DNA of 64,000 nucleotides from Mytilus trossulus (Eukaryota): NCBI RefSeq assembly GCF_036588685.1, contig NC_086380.1, positions 19,096,001 to 19,160,000 of the forward strand, read 5' to 3'. Shown piece by piece: positions 49,862 to 61,631 of this stretch (position 1 is its first letter; each line of letters starts with the position of its first letter). The notes under the pieces were generated by a model. It saw only the letters and a program-made list of their open reading frames with translations, ran no database searches and was not told where the DNA came from. The position numbers and the translations under genes were made by a program.

Positions 49862-51651
49862 CTTGTACTGATCATTGTACGGCATGGCCTTTCATTCAGA
49901 CTTTTTGTATAATAGTATATATGGTGCATACAGATTTTATTTAATAAAACACTCGTATTATTGAATTGTTCTTTACAGGTTTTTTTTAGCATGTATTTTG
50001 TAAGAATAGTATCTAAAGATTTTGATAACTTAAGCTGTATTTTATGCAGAGAAATACTGTGACAGCCTCCTTCAATGATTACTTGTGAAAAACGGCGTTC
50101 AACAAAGTCATAGAAAACTATCATCGTCTGTCAAATGCAATAATACTATAAAACGCAGATGCAATAAAATCTGAAGCAATAATTCGAAAATATATTGTGT
50201 CACTCATTTTTCATTGTTTTGATTTCTGATAAAAGACTATGTTTTATGCAGCTATATTTACAATTATTAATATTGTTTACACTCAATAACTTTTTCATCT
50301 TTCTTAAACATTAAAAGGTGTCTGTCTAAGTTTCATATCATTCAATTAAGGTTTGGAAGATTAAAAAGGTTAGAGGTTCCTGACTTGAGACATGCACAAA
50401 CATGCGGTTATGTTATACATGTTTTGTGTGGTCTCAATCGTTGTTCCCCTAAAAATCTAGCCAATGTGGAATAAACAAACACAACAATGCGCACAGTAAA
50501 CCTCAGTTTGAAAGTAATAAAAACGACAATGATCAACATAGATTAAAAAAGAACTACTAACAGTTATTGTGCTATGGTAAATTTTTATATCTTTGTCTTT
50601 CATGTTTGCTTATAAGTTTTGTCTACAAGCATTTTGGATTATCACTATAATTTCTAACATTTGTCCCTATATTGTTTGTTTTGTTCGCACATCAGTCTCA
50701 ATATGATGGAATTTCATTCGACTGTCATAAAAGTGAGAGGTTAAGCTAAATATAAAGCCAGGTTTAATCCACCATTTTCTACCTAAGTCAGGAATATGAC
50801 AGTTAGTATCCATCTTTTAATGTGTTTGAGCTTTCGATTTTGCCATTTGATGAAGGACTTTTCGTTTTAGATTGTCCACGGAGTTCGGTATTTTTGTTAT
50901 TTTACCTTTTCGTGATTATCAGATATACCAGTTGTAGACCCCATGTGTGTCTTAGGTGTGTTTTTCAATCATTGAACATCTACACCGTTTACATTCTGTT
51001 TTGTCAATGACGACAGAAGATATGGTTAGTCTGTTGTTGTCCTTTTAGGTCATATATCTCCTAATTTGTTTTCTTATTTTTGCATCTTTGGCATTCAGAC
51101 TTTAGGTTTAAGTGTTCATATGATGGTAAATATTGAGTAGCGCTTCGGACGCACTAAATGTATTAAGAATGACGAAATCATTTCATTTATTCGTTAAGTA
51201 ACACATTTTATCATTCCTCCCTTATATATTGAAAGTTATGACAAACTCTAAACTATAAAAGGGTCCAGGAATAAAGTTTACTTTCGACATAAATATTATT
51301 TAGATCTCATAAACATGTTTAACCCCGCCGCATTTTTGCGCCTGTCCGAAGTCAGGAGCCTCTGGCATTTGTTAGTCTTGTATTATTTTAATTTTAGTTT
51401 CTTGTGTACAATTTTGAAATTAGTATGGCGTTCATTATCACTGAACTAGTATATATATTTGTTTAGGGGCAAGCTGAAGGACGCCTCCGGGTGCGGGAAT
51501 TTATCGCTACATTGAATACCTGTTGGCGACCTTCTGCTGTTTTTTTTTTTCTATGGTCGGGTTGTTGTCTCTTTGACACATTCCCCATTTTCATTCTCAA
51601 TTTTATTAATGCCTTGTATCAATTTAATTTTGAAATATTCAGGTGGATGAT

Positions 51652-52080
51652 TTTTATGCCCCACCTACGTTAGTAGAGGGGCATTATGTTTTCTGGTCTG
51701 TGGCTCCGTTTGTTCGTTCGTTCGTTCGTCTGCAGGTTAAAGTTTTTGGTCAAGGTAGTTTTTGATGAAGCTGAAATCCAATCAACTAGAAACTTAGAAC
51801 ACTTGTTGCTTATGATATGATCTTTCTAATTTTAAAGCCAAATTAGACTTTCGACCCCAATTTCACGGTCAACTGAACATAGAAAATGAAAATGGGAGTT
51901 TCAGGTTAAAGTTTTTGGTCAAGGTAGTTTTTGATGAAGCTGAAGTCCAATCAACTTGAAACTTAGTACACTTGCTGCTTATGATATGATCTTTCTAAGA
52001 TTTTTACCCCATTTCACGGTCCATTGAACATGGAAAATGATAGCGCGAGTGGGGCATCCGTGTACTTAGGTCACATTCTT
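51652..52080 (-). mobile_element. HINE/Helentron-like repeat with two core repeats
   Basis: Hairpin, (GTTC)n, duplicated CAGGTTAAAGTTTTTGGTCAAGG core, GGGGCATCCG...CACATTCTTGTT end. Confidence 0.65.
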
Positions 52081-53678
52081 GTTTTTTATGTGTTTTGTTT
52101 AGTAATAATCACAATTTAAATGTAAATATAGATCCTAGTATGTATATATACAAGGTCATAGCCAGTAGCTAGGCTTCTCTTATAAACAATTGTGCCGCTA
52201 ACATTATTAACACCTGTTATTCATTACTGTTTTGTTTATAGAATAGTTTATATACAAATTCGGAGTTCATTGACAGAATAAAATATCTGTTACATCATGC
52301 TAATAGAAAAGGGACGATACTTCCAAAAATACTTATTAAAAATGTTGCAGTCAGAATCACACTTACGATATTCTGAACAGATAAAGATTGATTAAATGGT
52401 ATTTCACGCCATTATTTACCATTGATATGGTTATATTTATAAATTAGCTGTTTACAAAATTTTGAATTTTTGAAATGCTAAGGCTTTTCTACCTCAGCCA
52501 TAGATTACCTAAGCTGTATTTGGCAAAACTTTTAGGAATTTTGGTACGTACTGCTCTTCAACTTCGTACTTTATTTGGCCCTTTTTAACTTCGATTCGAG
52601 CGTCACTAATTAGTCTTTTGTAGACGAAACGCGCGTCTGGCGTTTATACAAAATTAGTCCTGGTATTTATGACGAGTTTATTTACACCATTGTGCTATTT
52701 TTTGTGGTCAGTATTTGACTGTCGGAGGTAGCAAGCGTGCACAAAGAAAACCACAGACCTTTCGTAGGGAAACTTACAAGCCTTGTCAATCAAGATTGGA
52801 GTCGGAGTGCAGAGTTAAAACTCACATCCTCAGTGTTTACTGGCTTATAATACAGAAAATAGACTACTTTGACCACTCGGCAACTGCGGCCCCAACATAT
52901 AAAGACCTCATGTACTGCCATCAAAATTATATTTATCAGCCCTGTAATAAAAATGACCTGCAGGCAGGAATATGGTACTTAAAGCCATATCAGTATCATA
53001 AACACACAAACATACCTGAACTATTTCTTAATACTATGTTGACCCAATTTCAATAATACTGATTTATTTGAAAATCTCATTTTCTGTATCCCATACCGAG
53101 GAAGCTTAAGTTATTAAAATATGTAGTAATAGCTTGGTGCTTTACTTTATAAATCTAAATAACGAAGTTTCTTAAAACAGAAATCGACAAAAACTTAAGC
53201 CAAGGACACTAGAAACTTGCATATAACAAAAGTTAAATGAGGTGGTTTGGGAGGGTTAAATATCAAAATACGCTTGCAAACACATAATATATATATCCAA
53301 GCCAAAGTATAAAATACTTGGTTAGGTTTTGAAAAGCTGCATAGATCTTCGTCGTACGGCCTTCAACAAAGATAAAAACCTAAACAATTCGCTATACAAT
53401 GTAAAATGCATCTATATAGACTCCTATATGATTTTGAATACCCATGGTATCATTCGCTTCTCTTTTGTGTTATTGGCATTAGTGCTTGAAAGCGGAAAAT
53501 GTATTCGTTGTCAAATGTGTCAACATATATGTATCTTTTCAAATCATTTTTTATAATAAAATCAAATTTATTCCACGTTTATTACAGTAATTTAAAAACA
53601 ATCTCCATATAAGAAATTAAATAGCGGATATTAAAAAAAACAATTAATATTATTTAGCAGCTGTCATAACTGGAAAGA

Positions 53679-53747
53679 TATATAAGGGAACTCAAATACG
53701 ATGAAATTCATCCATTGCATTTAGAAGAACACATTTGTAGGAAACAA
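53679..53747 (+). promoter_or_regulatory. TATA box and putative non-coding exon 1 of the defensin-like gene
   Basis: TATATAAG at 53679; GTAAGT donor at 53748; the next exon has an acceptor upstream of its ATG. Confidence 0.55.
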
Positions 53748-55143
53748 GTAAGTAAATTATTATTGTTATAGAAGGAGGGATCTTTGCCTTAAAAAAATGT
53801 TGATTTCCATTCCATATGACGATAAACATCTCTCATTCAGAGAAACATGTTGGTTTTATAAATGATGAAACATGTTATTTTTGGGCCGTAAACATTTTGT
53901 TACAATAACTTTCTCCCCTTTCGTAAAAACTCACCAAAACATCATACAAAAGCGTCGCAGAGTTATGTTTGTGTCTGTCGTTGGTGAAATATCTTCATTG
54001 TTGTTCTGCGGTTTGCATGTTGTGTCGACTATTATATTATTTGTTTGTGCGTTTCTCTGTGATGAATGTTCTGATGTGTGTTTATTCTGTATTTCTGTCG
54101 CGTAGTGTCGTCATTTTAAGGAATTATTTTTAACATTATCAGCAACCGTTTGGCTTACCATTTTACCAGGTTCAAACCAGGTTCAAACCAACTATTTTTT
54201 TCCTGAAAATGTCCTGTACTAAGCCAGGAATATAACCGTTATCAAATAATTCGTCTATGCATTTTTGCGTTTGTTTTTGTTGTACTACAGTGGTTCTGTT
54301 CTTCCTTTTTTCCCCTTTAATTTGATGTGTTTCTCTTGATTGTAGTTTGTAACACATTTATTTTCTCTCAGTTGATTTGAGACTTTTAAACACAGTATAC
54401 TACTGTTGCCTTTATTCATGTCAGTGACAAAACAACACTAGAAGTTAAAACGTCATGTAATGGTCGTTGTCATTAGACAAGATTCTATTTGTCCAGCTCT
54501 AATAGTTATCAAGACGCGCGTTTCTTTTTCATAAGACTCACCAGTGATGCTCTTATCAAAATATTTATAAAGCCAAACAAGTACAAAGTTGAAGTGAATT
54601 GAGGATCCAAAATCCAAAAAATTATGCCAAATACGGCTAAGGTAACATATGCCTGGGATAAGAAAATCCTTAGTTTTCTCGATAATTTCTAAGTTTTGTA
54701 GACAGGAAATTCATTAAAATGAACACATTATTGATATTTATTTCAAAACCGAAGTATTGACTACTGGGCTGGTGATACCCTCGGGGACGAAACTTCCACC
54801 AGCAGTGGCGTCGACCCAGTGGTATAAATAGTTATCTAAGATACCAGGATTATATTTTAGCTTATTCGCTTCGATATGAGGATGTTAGGAATACAGAGAA
54901 AATCGGATGTTGTTCAACAAAATTTGAAACCCTAATTGATGATCATATTTGTAGACAACCACTAAACACGCTCCATATTTTATACGTCATGAGGTGGGGT
55001 TGAAATATTGTTCTGGCACCAACTTTTTATATTTCCAAAAACTGAAAATCCTAAAACAACTTCGAAAGCAAATTGAAAACTTATGTTTTTATTTTACTGT
55101 TTACTCAGCAGTTTCCCTTTTTTTCAGACTTTTAAGAATCAAA

Positions 55144-55189
55144 ATGAAGTACGCAGTGATTGCATTAATCGTAGTTCTTGGTGTTTTGA
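55144..55189 (+). CDS. Secreted 10-Cys defensin-like peptide, signal-peptide exon
   Basis: TTTTTTTCAG acceptor at 55127; AAAATG start; MKYAVIALIVVLGVL; GTAAGT donor, phase 1. Confidence 0.85.
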
Positions 55190-55269
55190 GTAAGTATGAT
55201 TTTAAAAATACTGAAGCGACCACCATTCAATTCTGTCATTTTTGTCTTACAAAACTCTGTGATACAGAC

Positions 55270-55680
55270 TTGTTTTAGGAGAACTTCAATTTTGTGATTA
55301 CAAAATTCATTTTTGTGATGACAAAATTCCTTTTGGTAGACAAAATTCATTTTTGTAGACAAAATTCATTTTTGTAGACAAAATTCATTTTTGTAGACAA
55401 AATTCATTTTTGTAGACAAAATTCATTTTTGTAATGACAAAAGTCAATTTAGTCAAAAAGGTATGCAAATATAAGCTTATTTGCATACAAAATGGACTTT
55501 TGTTACCTGATATGGAAATTAAAACACAAAAGTCAATTGTGTGAGACAAGATTCAACTTGTGAGACAACATTGACTTTTGTCAGACAAAATTCAATTTTG
55601 TCAATTTTGTTCAATTTTGTACAATTTTGTACAATTTTGTCTTACAAAAGTCAATTTTGTCTCACAAACGTCATTTTTGA
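55270..55680. repeat. 19-bp semi-palindromic tandem repeats (TAGACAAAATTCATTTTTG) in the peptide-gene intron
   Basis: Perfect copies at 55337-55432, degenerate copies on both sides. Confidence 0.8.
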
Positions 55681-55948
55681 AAAAGAAGAATAATAAAGTA
55701 TAACAACTATTCTATTTTACCCCTCATTACATAAAACCAATATTTCGTCTTTCAACTTTGAGTAAATTCATAACGAAAAATCAAATTATCGGCCTGGACA
55801 TGAACACCTTCTTTTTATCTAACGCTATAGTTGCTGTTAAAATGAACTCACCTATAGTAATAGGTGTGTCTTTATAAAAGTCTACATGCAAGTTATTAAC
55901 ATAGTCAAATAACATTGTTTGTACTTTAGATTTGTAATGTTTTAACAG

Positions 55949-56125
55949 TTATCTCCGAAAGTACTACTGCAGATGATGTGTCGGCGTTTAAAACCGAAAG
56001 TTATTGCAATAAAAATGTTGCAAACTGTCCAAGTAACAAAGCTGATAAAAACTGCAATAAATGTTGTCGCCAAGCCGGATGTCAACGTGGTGACTGTGGA
56101 CAGAAAAAGTGCAAATGCTCCAAAT
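55949..56125 (+). CDS. Secreted 10-Cys defensin-like peptide, mature-peptide exon
   Basis: (I)ISESTTADDVSAFKTESYCNKNVANCPSNKADKNCNKCCRQAGCQRGDCGQKKCKCSK; TTTTAACAG/GTAAGT; phases fit. Confidence 0.88.
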
Positions 56126-56837
56126 GTAAGTCTATTTTCAGTATCTATGTAACCATTCTGAAAATACCTCAAAATTATTACCAAGCAAGGTACAACAAAT
56201 TTGTATAAGCCCAACTTTTTCATTTTATTATATTTTTTGCGTATGTAAAGGGTATAAAAATATCAGATTTTTAAAGAATAGATAGTCGTTAAAAGCTTTC
56301 CAAAATATTTTATATATGGATAACAATGTGACTGTTACACCATTTTAACGTCACGTTTAAATCCTTTATTTTGGAAAAGGATAAAAAAAACGAATTTTGG
56401 TTATTGTGTATAAAGGCGCAAAACTCAAAAAGAAAATAACCCTATATAAAGAAGCATGTTTTCTTAAACTTACATAAAACTTGTGTTTTTGCTTGCGCTT
56501 GTTAACTATTTGTAAAAAGAGTGACATCATAAAAACGGATATTGTTGTGTATAAAATCCGTTTTTTTTTTCTCTCTAATGAAACAATGTGCACAAAATAC
56601 GTCATCATGGTTACGTTTTTATGTTATATGTTGACCTTTGTATTGTAAGTAGCTTATATGTGTTTAATGAAGCACTTTAATAATCCTGAAATGGGTTTGA
56701 AATTAGCCTCAAATAATTGCCAACTTAATTATCGAAAATCTGAAGAAAAATATATTTTTGAGAGAGATATTGCATTGTTATGAGAATGTGATAAAAAAAA
56801 GTGTGTAACTTCTTAAAAGATTTTCTTTGTATTCCAG

Positions 56838-56842
56838 GTTGA
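56838..56842 (+). CDS. Secreted 10-Cys defensin-like peptide, last exon (completes Cys10 and the stop; AATAAA at 56893)
   Basis: TTTTCTTTGTATTCCAG|GT TGA gives TGT TGA. Confidence 0.75.
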
Positions 56843-58567
56843 CCGGTTTGAAGCAGTATCAGCCTGAAACTTTGGATGCAGATTTGATTTCAAATAAAAA
56901 TATTCAGTGTTATCATTGTTTCTTCTGCAAATCTTTGACAAGGTGTTGATATGGTAAAATTGAGATACGGGGTATACGTCAATGTGACAGCAACCTAACG
57001 AAATATATTAACAAACAAAAACGGAATGGTATGAAAGTTTCATCTGTTAAGGGCAAACATTATTGAAAGTATCTGACTGTCAAATTCAGCACTATAGACA
57101 CTTTTGTAGATCTGGTCTGAACATTGTTGCTGTGTCTCTTTATAGTTTTTATTTTTTTTCTAACACATTAAAAAGGTACGAATATCCATTTGATGGCACT
57201 GATGCAGATGTTCAATTCAATGTTAATTTATTGCTAGCGTTTGTCCTGTAAAATATTATAGCGGCATAGGATTTGCATAAAATGACATTATCAAAGGGTG
57301 ATAACTCTCATAAGGAGTCAATGACGATTTTGTCTCAGTCGACACATTTTGAAGATCTCTTCTTGATGATCAGTTTTGGTCTTTAGAATTTCTCTTTTAT
57401 CTTTTATAAGATGACAAGAAAAACACCACAAAAGAACGAAATTTAAAGGCAATGATTTTTTAACGGTGTCTCCCGATGATTTTGTTTTCGTTGACTTAGA
57501 TGTTGTCTTGTCATCATTTTTGGTCTTCTTACATTTGTTCTATATCTATCATATTTATGCCTAGATTTCTCAAAATGAGTACACATCTTCATCAAATGGT
57601 TATATCTCCCATAGTGCTCCATGGGCAATTACTGTCATCTAGACACCAACTTAATGCAGTTTACTTAACATGCAAATTATTAAAAATAGCCAAAGACGGG
57701 TTTTTTGTTATGTAGAGGTTCTCTTTATCTACAATAGTTGTGAAGCTTTGAAGTACAAAAATAATTAAAAAAAAAATGAAAAGGTAACTCTCTTCATATA
57801 ATGATTCAACTGGCAATAAAGTCAATAGTGATCGGTTTGTAGATCTAGTTGGACTGAACAGTTTTTCTTTTTGTAATGCTTTATACAATATGCTATTATT
57901 GAAGGGCAGTAACGGTTGTTGTCTAGCGTTAACAATTTCGGCCATGTTTAACAAACTATCAGCTCTATTGGCATGGCATGGCGGACATTTTGTATTGGAA
58001 GCGTTAGTGCCCTTAGAGAACCGCTGACATTCGTTATAAAAACTGTCAATCCTAGTCACTTTAGATTGAAGTCCAAACTATAAATAATGATTTATATAAA
58101 CAAAAACAGGACGGGCACAATGATTTAGGTTAAGATTCTTGAAACTTTTTTATATATTTGAAAAAGGGTTTCGGAGAAGTTGCTGATACAAAAAAAAGAA
58201 ACTGACAGGTTAGGTGGTATCTAACACTACAGGGAGATAACTCTGTAAAATCGGCTAAACGTTTTAATTACGTTGCGTTGTTAAGGGAATATTAAGCTTC
58301 TCAACATGCTCAATGATCAAAATAAGTGTTTGTCACACTGCTATATGAATAGTGTAATTTTTCTGTTAAGTTTGTTGGTTCAAATTTTTTGATTTTTTTA
58401 TATTTTTGTCAAAGGATCAAAGTAAATACTTTGCCAAAAATTTATAAAAATTAAACGAGCAAAATAAATTTGAGTGAAGGTGTTGGGTACCATCTTAAAC
58501 AAACATTTGGGGAGGTTACTATTCTACTTTGTCATACTGTTGAATAATGAAAACTTGAATTTTTCAG

Positions 58568-58721
58568 TGTTGCCATTTTGAAATATTTGGTTGCAAAGAA
58601 TAACTTACCAGAGCACTGGTATCCTAGAACGAACTTACAAGCCCAAGCAAGAGTAGACGAGTATATGAACTGGCAACATTGGAATACCAGGCTGAAGTCA
58701 GCATATCTCTTCGGGAATCTG
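58568..58721 (+). CDS. GSTT1: Duplicated GST theta exon 3 (no exons 1-2 of its own)
   Basis: Intact splice sites; 4 substitutions versus copy 1 (Y>N, R>G, 2 silent). Confidence 0.7.
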
Positions 58722-59708
58722 GTAATTTTACTAATTGTTGGATACATATATCTAATTTGATGAATAGTAGCATTTTTTAATGGAGGTCACTATAAGGTTT
58801 TCAAGCAACAATCCACCTGTGTCTATACCATATGTCAACCCCCGAGTAAATACATTGTACATGTTTTATTAAAGTTTTTCTAATTTTATTTTCTTGTGTA
58901 CAATTTGGAAATTAGTATGGCGTTCATTATCACTGAACTAGTATATATTTGTTTAGGGGCCAGCTGAAGGACGCCTCCGGGTGCGGGAATTTCTCGCTAC
59001 ATTGAAGACCTTTTGGTGACCTTCTGCTTCTATTTTTCTATGGTCGGGTTGTTGTCTCTTTGACACATTCCCCATTTCCATTCTCAATTTTATTTAGTAA
59101 AAGCACTTCTTAAATTGCGGTCGTCATATTCATCTGGCCTACGATTACTGTATGAATTCTTATAACCTCGTTAGAAGTGGTCGATTACGGGAAGTATGCG
59201 GTTGAGACACTATGATCAGAGAATTTCCACCAATTTCCGTAACAAGACTACCAAGTGTAGATCAGTGTAGCCACTGACGAGGTTTCATACTTGGAAAAAA
59301 AGTCCAAGGCAAATCCGAAAAAAATATTTCAAGCTACATGTAGTAGTATACTTATCTGTGTTTTAGACCCCAAAAAAACAACGTAAAACATTCCTGAAAC
59401 ACCCCAAAATGCTGACATTATTACCGATAGCAAGCGTCAAACACCTAAATTGGTTTATACAGAAATTTTTCTTGCCTACACTCCTAATATCGACATCTGT
59501 ACTGCCGTGTTCATTTTATACAATCTACAGATATTCAAGGAAAACCTCAAAATTACAAAAATGCAATGAGTTCGCAAGAAGAGTATACCTATAAGTTATA
59601 GGGGGAGGGTTGATATCTCTCAAAACATGTTTAACGCCTCAGCATTTTTCCACCTGTCTCAGGAGCCTCTTGCCTTTTTTTGGTCTTATATTTTTTTTTT
59701 TAATTTAA

Positions 59709-59969
59709 GGTTTATGTGCCCTTCTGTAGCCATTTTTGTACGAACTTTTCAAACTTCAATTGTATCAAAACTACAGATAAAATGAATAATTGAGATATTC
59801 CATTTTGTACATATTCCAAGGTGAAACTTGATGCAAAGCATTATTTTTTACTGTTCCATTACATTTAATAGAAAAATAGGACTTTTTCTATCAAATGCAA
59901 TGAAACATTAAACAATAATTGAGGTTTAAAAAATTAGTACAAAAATGGCTACAGAAGGGTACATAAACC
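59709..59969. mobile_element. Kolobok-like MITE, internally deleted copy
   Basis: TTAA|GGTTTATGTGCCCTTCTGTAGCC ... GGCTACAGAAGGGTACATAAACC|TTAA. Confidence 0.8.
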
Positions 59970-60294
59970 TTAATTCATTTATATGTTTTGGAGTTTGGTG
60001 TGACGTCCTATTTCATTTAACTAGTACACATTTTGTTAAGGGACTAGCTGAAGGTATTCAATGTGAGATTTCTCGCTGTGTTGCTGACCCATTGGTAGTC
60101 TGCTCTTTGTTCGGGTTGTTGTCCATTTGACACATTATCCATTTCCAATGAGTTCGCAAGAAGAGTATACCTATAAGTTATAGGGGGAGGGTTGATATCT
60201 CTCAAAACATGTTTAACGCCTCAGCATTTTTCCACCTGTCTCAAGTCAGGAGCCTCTTGCCTTTTTTTGGTCTTATATTTTTTTTTTAATTTAA

Positions 60295-60955
60295 GGTTTA
60301 TGTGCCCTTCTGTAGCCATTTTTGTACGAACTTTTCAAACTTCAATTGTATCAAAACTACAGATAAAATGAATAATTGAGATATTCCATTTTGTACATAT
60401 TCCAAGGTGAAACTTGATGCAAAGCATTATTTTTTACTGTTCCATTACATTTAATAGAAAAATAGGACTTTGTGGCAAATAAATCAAGATTTTGATAAAA
60501 AAAAATCAACAGCCTTTATCCTTGTACTCTCATATTTGGCAATTTGATGACTGCTATATATAGGATTATTGCATGCAGTGCTAGCATTAACTTCCTTAAA
60601 ACAAGTTTATAAATGTCGTTATTGGTTAAAACAAATATAGATATGACCAAAATCAAGTACACCTTTTAGGGTGCGCTCGACTTAAGTGACTCAGCACGAG
60701 GTGTTTTGGAATTTACAGGTTGCTTACAACTTTTTGTAAAAAATAAACACTAGCAAATCATAGAAAATCAAGTGAGTAATCTATGTTTCAAATTTTATAA
60801 CAAAAATCTCTGTATTAAAGGCTGTGGATTTTCTACAAAAATCTTGATTTATTTGCCACAAAGTCCTCTTTTTCTATCAAATGCAATGAAACATTAAACA
60901 ATAATTGAGGTTTAAAAAATTAGTACAAAAATGGCTACAGAAGGGTACATAAACC
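60295..60955. mobile_element. Kolobok-like MITE, longer copy
   Basis: Same TIRs and TTAA flanks; absent from the GST copy-1 intron. Confidence 0.85.
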
Positions 60956-61286
60956 TTAATTCATTTATATGTTTTGGAGTTTGGTGTGACGTCCTATTTC
61001 ATATGACTAGTACACATGTTGTTAAGACACTAGCTGAAGGCCCCCAATGTCAGATTTCTCGCTGTGTTGCTGACCCATTGGTGGTCTACTCGTTGGTCGG
61101 GTTGTTGTTCATTTGACACATTCCCCATTTCCACTTTCAATATGATATAAGACATAAGTGTCACTTCCAGTGGTGCTGATATGATCAAATGTCACTTCCA
61201 GTGGTGCTGATATGATCAAATCGCTGTTTCAGAATATTAGTAAACAATAGAACATATAAATAATAACTGGAACTTTATCTTTCCAG

Positions 61287-61631
61287 TTGATTGAACCAAA
61301 AGCTTTGAGTAGACCAGTTGATTGGGATAAAGTAGAACAATTTAGAACAGAAGTAAGGAAAACTGTAAAATTCTTAGAAAATGTTTGGCTGAAAGATCAA
61401 CCTTTCCTTTGCGGACAAGAAATTTCTGTAGCTGATATCCTTGGAATCTGTGAATTAATACAGCTGTATGCTGTCAATGAAGAGTATTTGTATGAAGAGA
61501 ATTCTGTAGTCAAAGCATGGATGGATCGAGTCAAGGAGAGGCTACAGCCTCACTTTGACGAAGCTCACAAACTGACATACAGGACACGTGAAATGTACCC
61601 AATGATCAAAGAGCAACTAGCCAAACTGTAA
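61287..61631 (+). CDS. GSTT1: Duplicated GST theta exon 4
   Basis: Protein identical to 49517-49861; acceptor intact. Confidence 0.72.
   Translation: MIEPKALSRPVDWDKVEQFRTEVRKTVKFLENVWLKDQPFLCGQEISVADILGICELIQLYAVNEEYLYEENSVVKAWMDRVKERLQPHFDEAHKLTYRTREMYPMIKEQLAKL

Noticed and set aside
55978-56208. Single-exon ORF, metallothionein-like
   Set aside because: The ORF runs through a GTAAGT donor into intron; the spliced model gives a signal peptide and an even Cys count, unlike cytosolic metallothioneins
55144-61631. Chimeric defensin-GST fusion transcript
   Set aside because: Peptide-gene donors are phase 1, whereas the duplicated GST exons need phase 2 or 0, so no in-frame join exists
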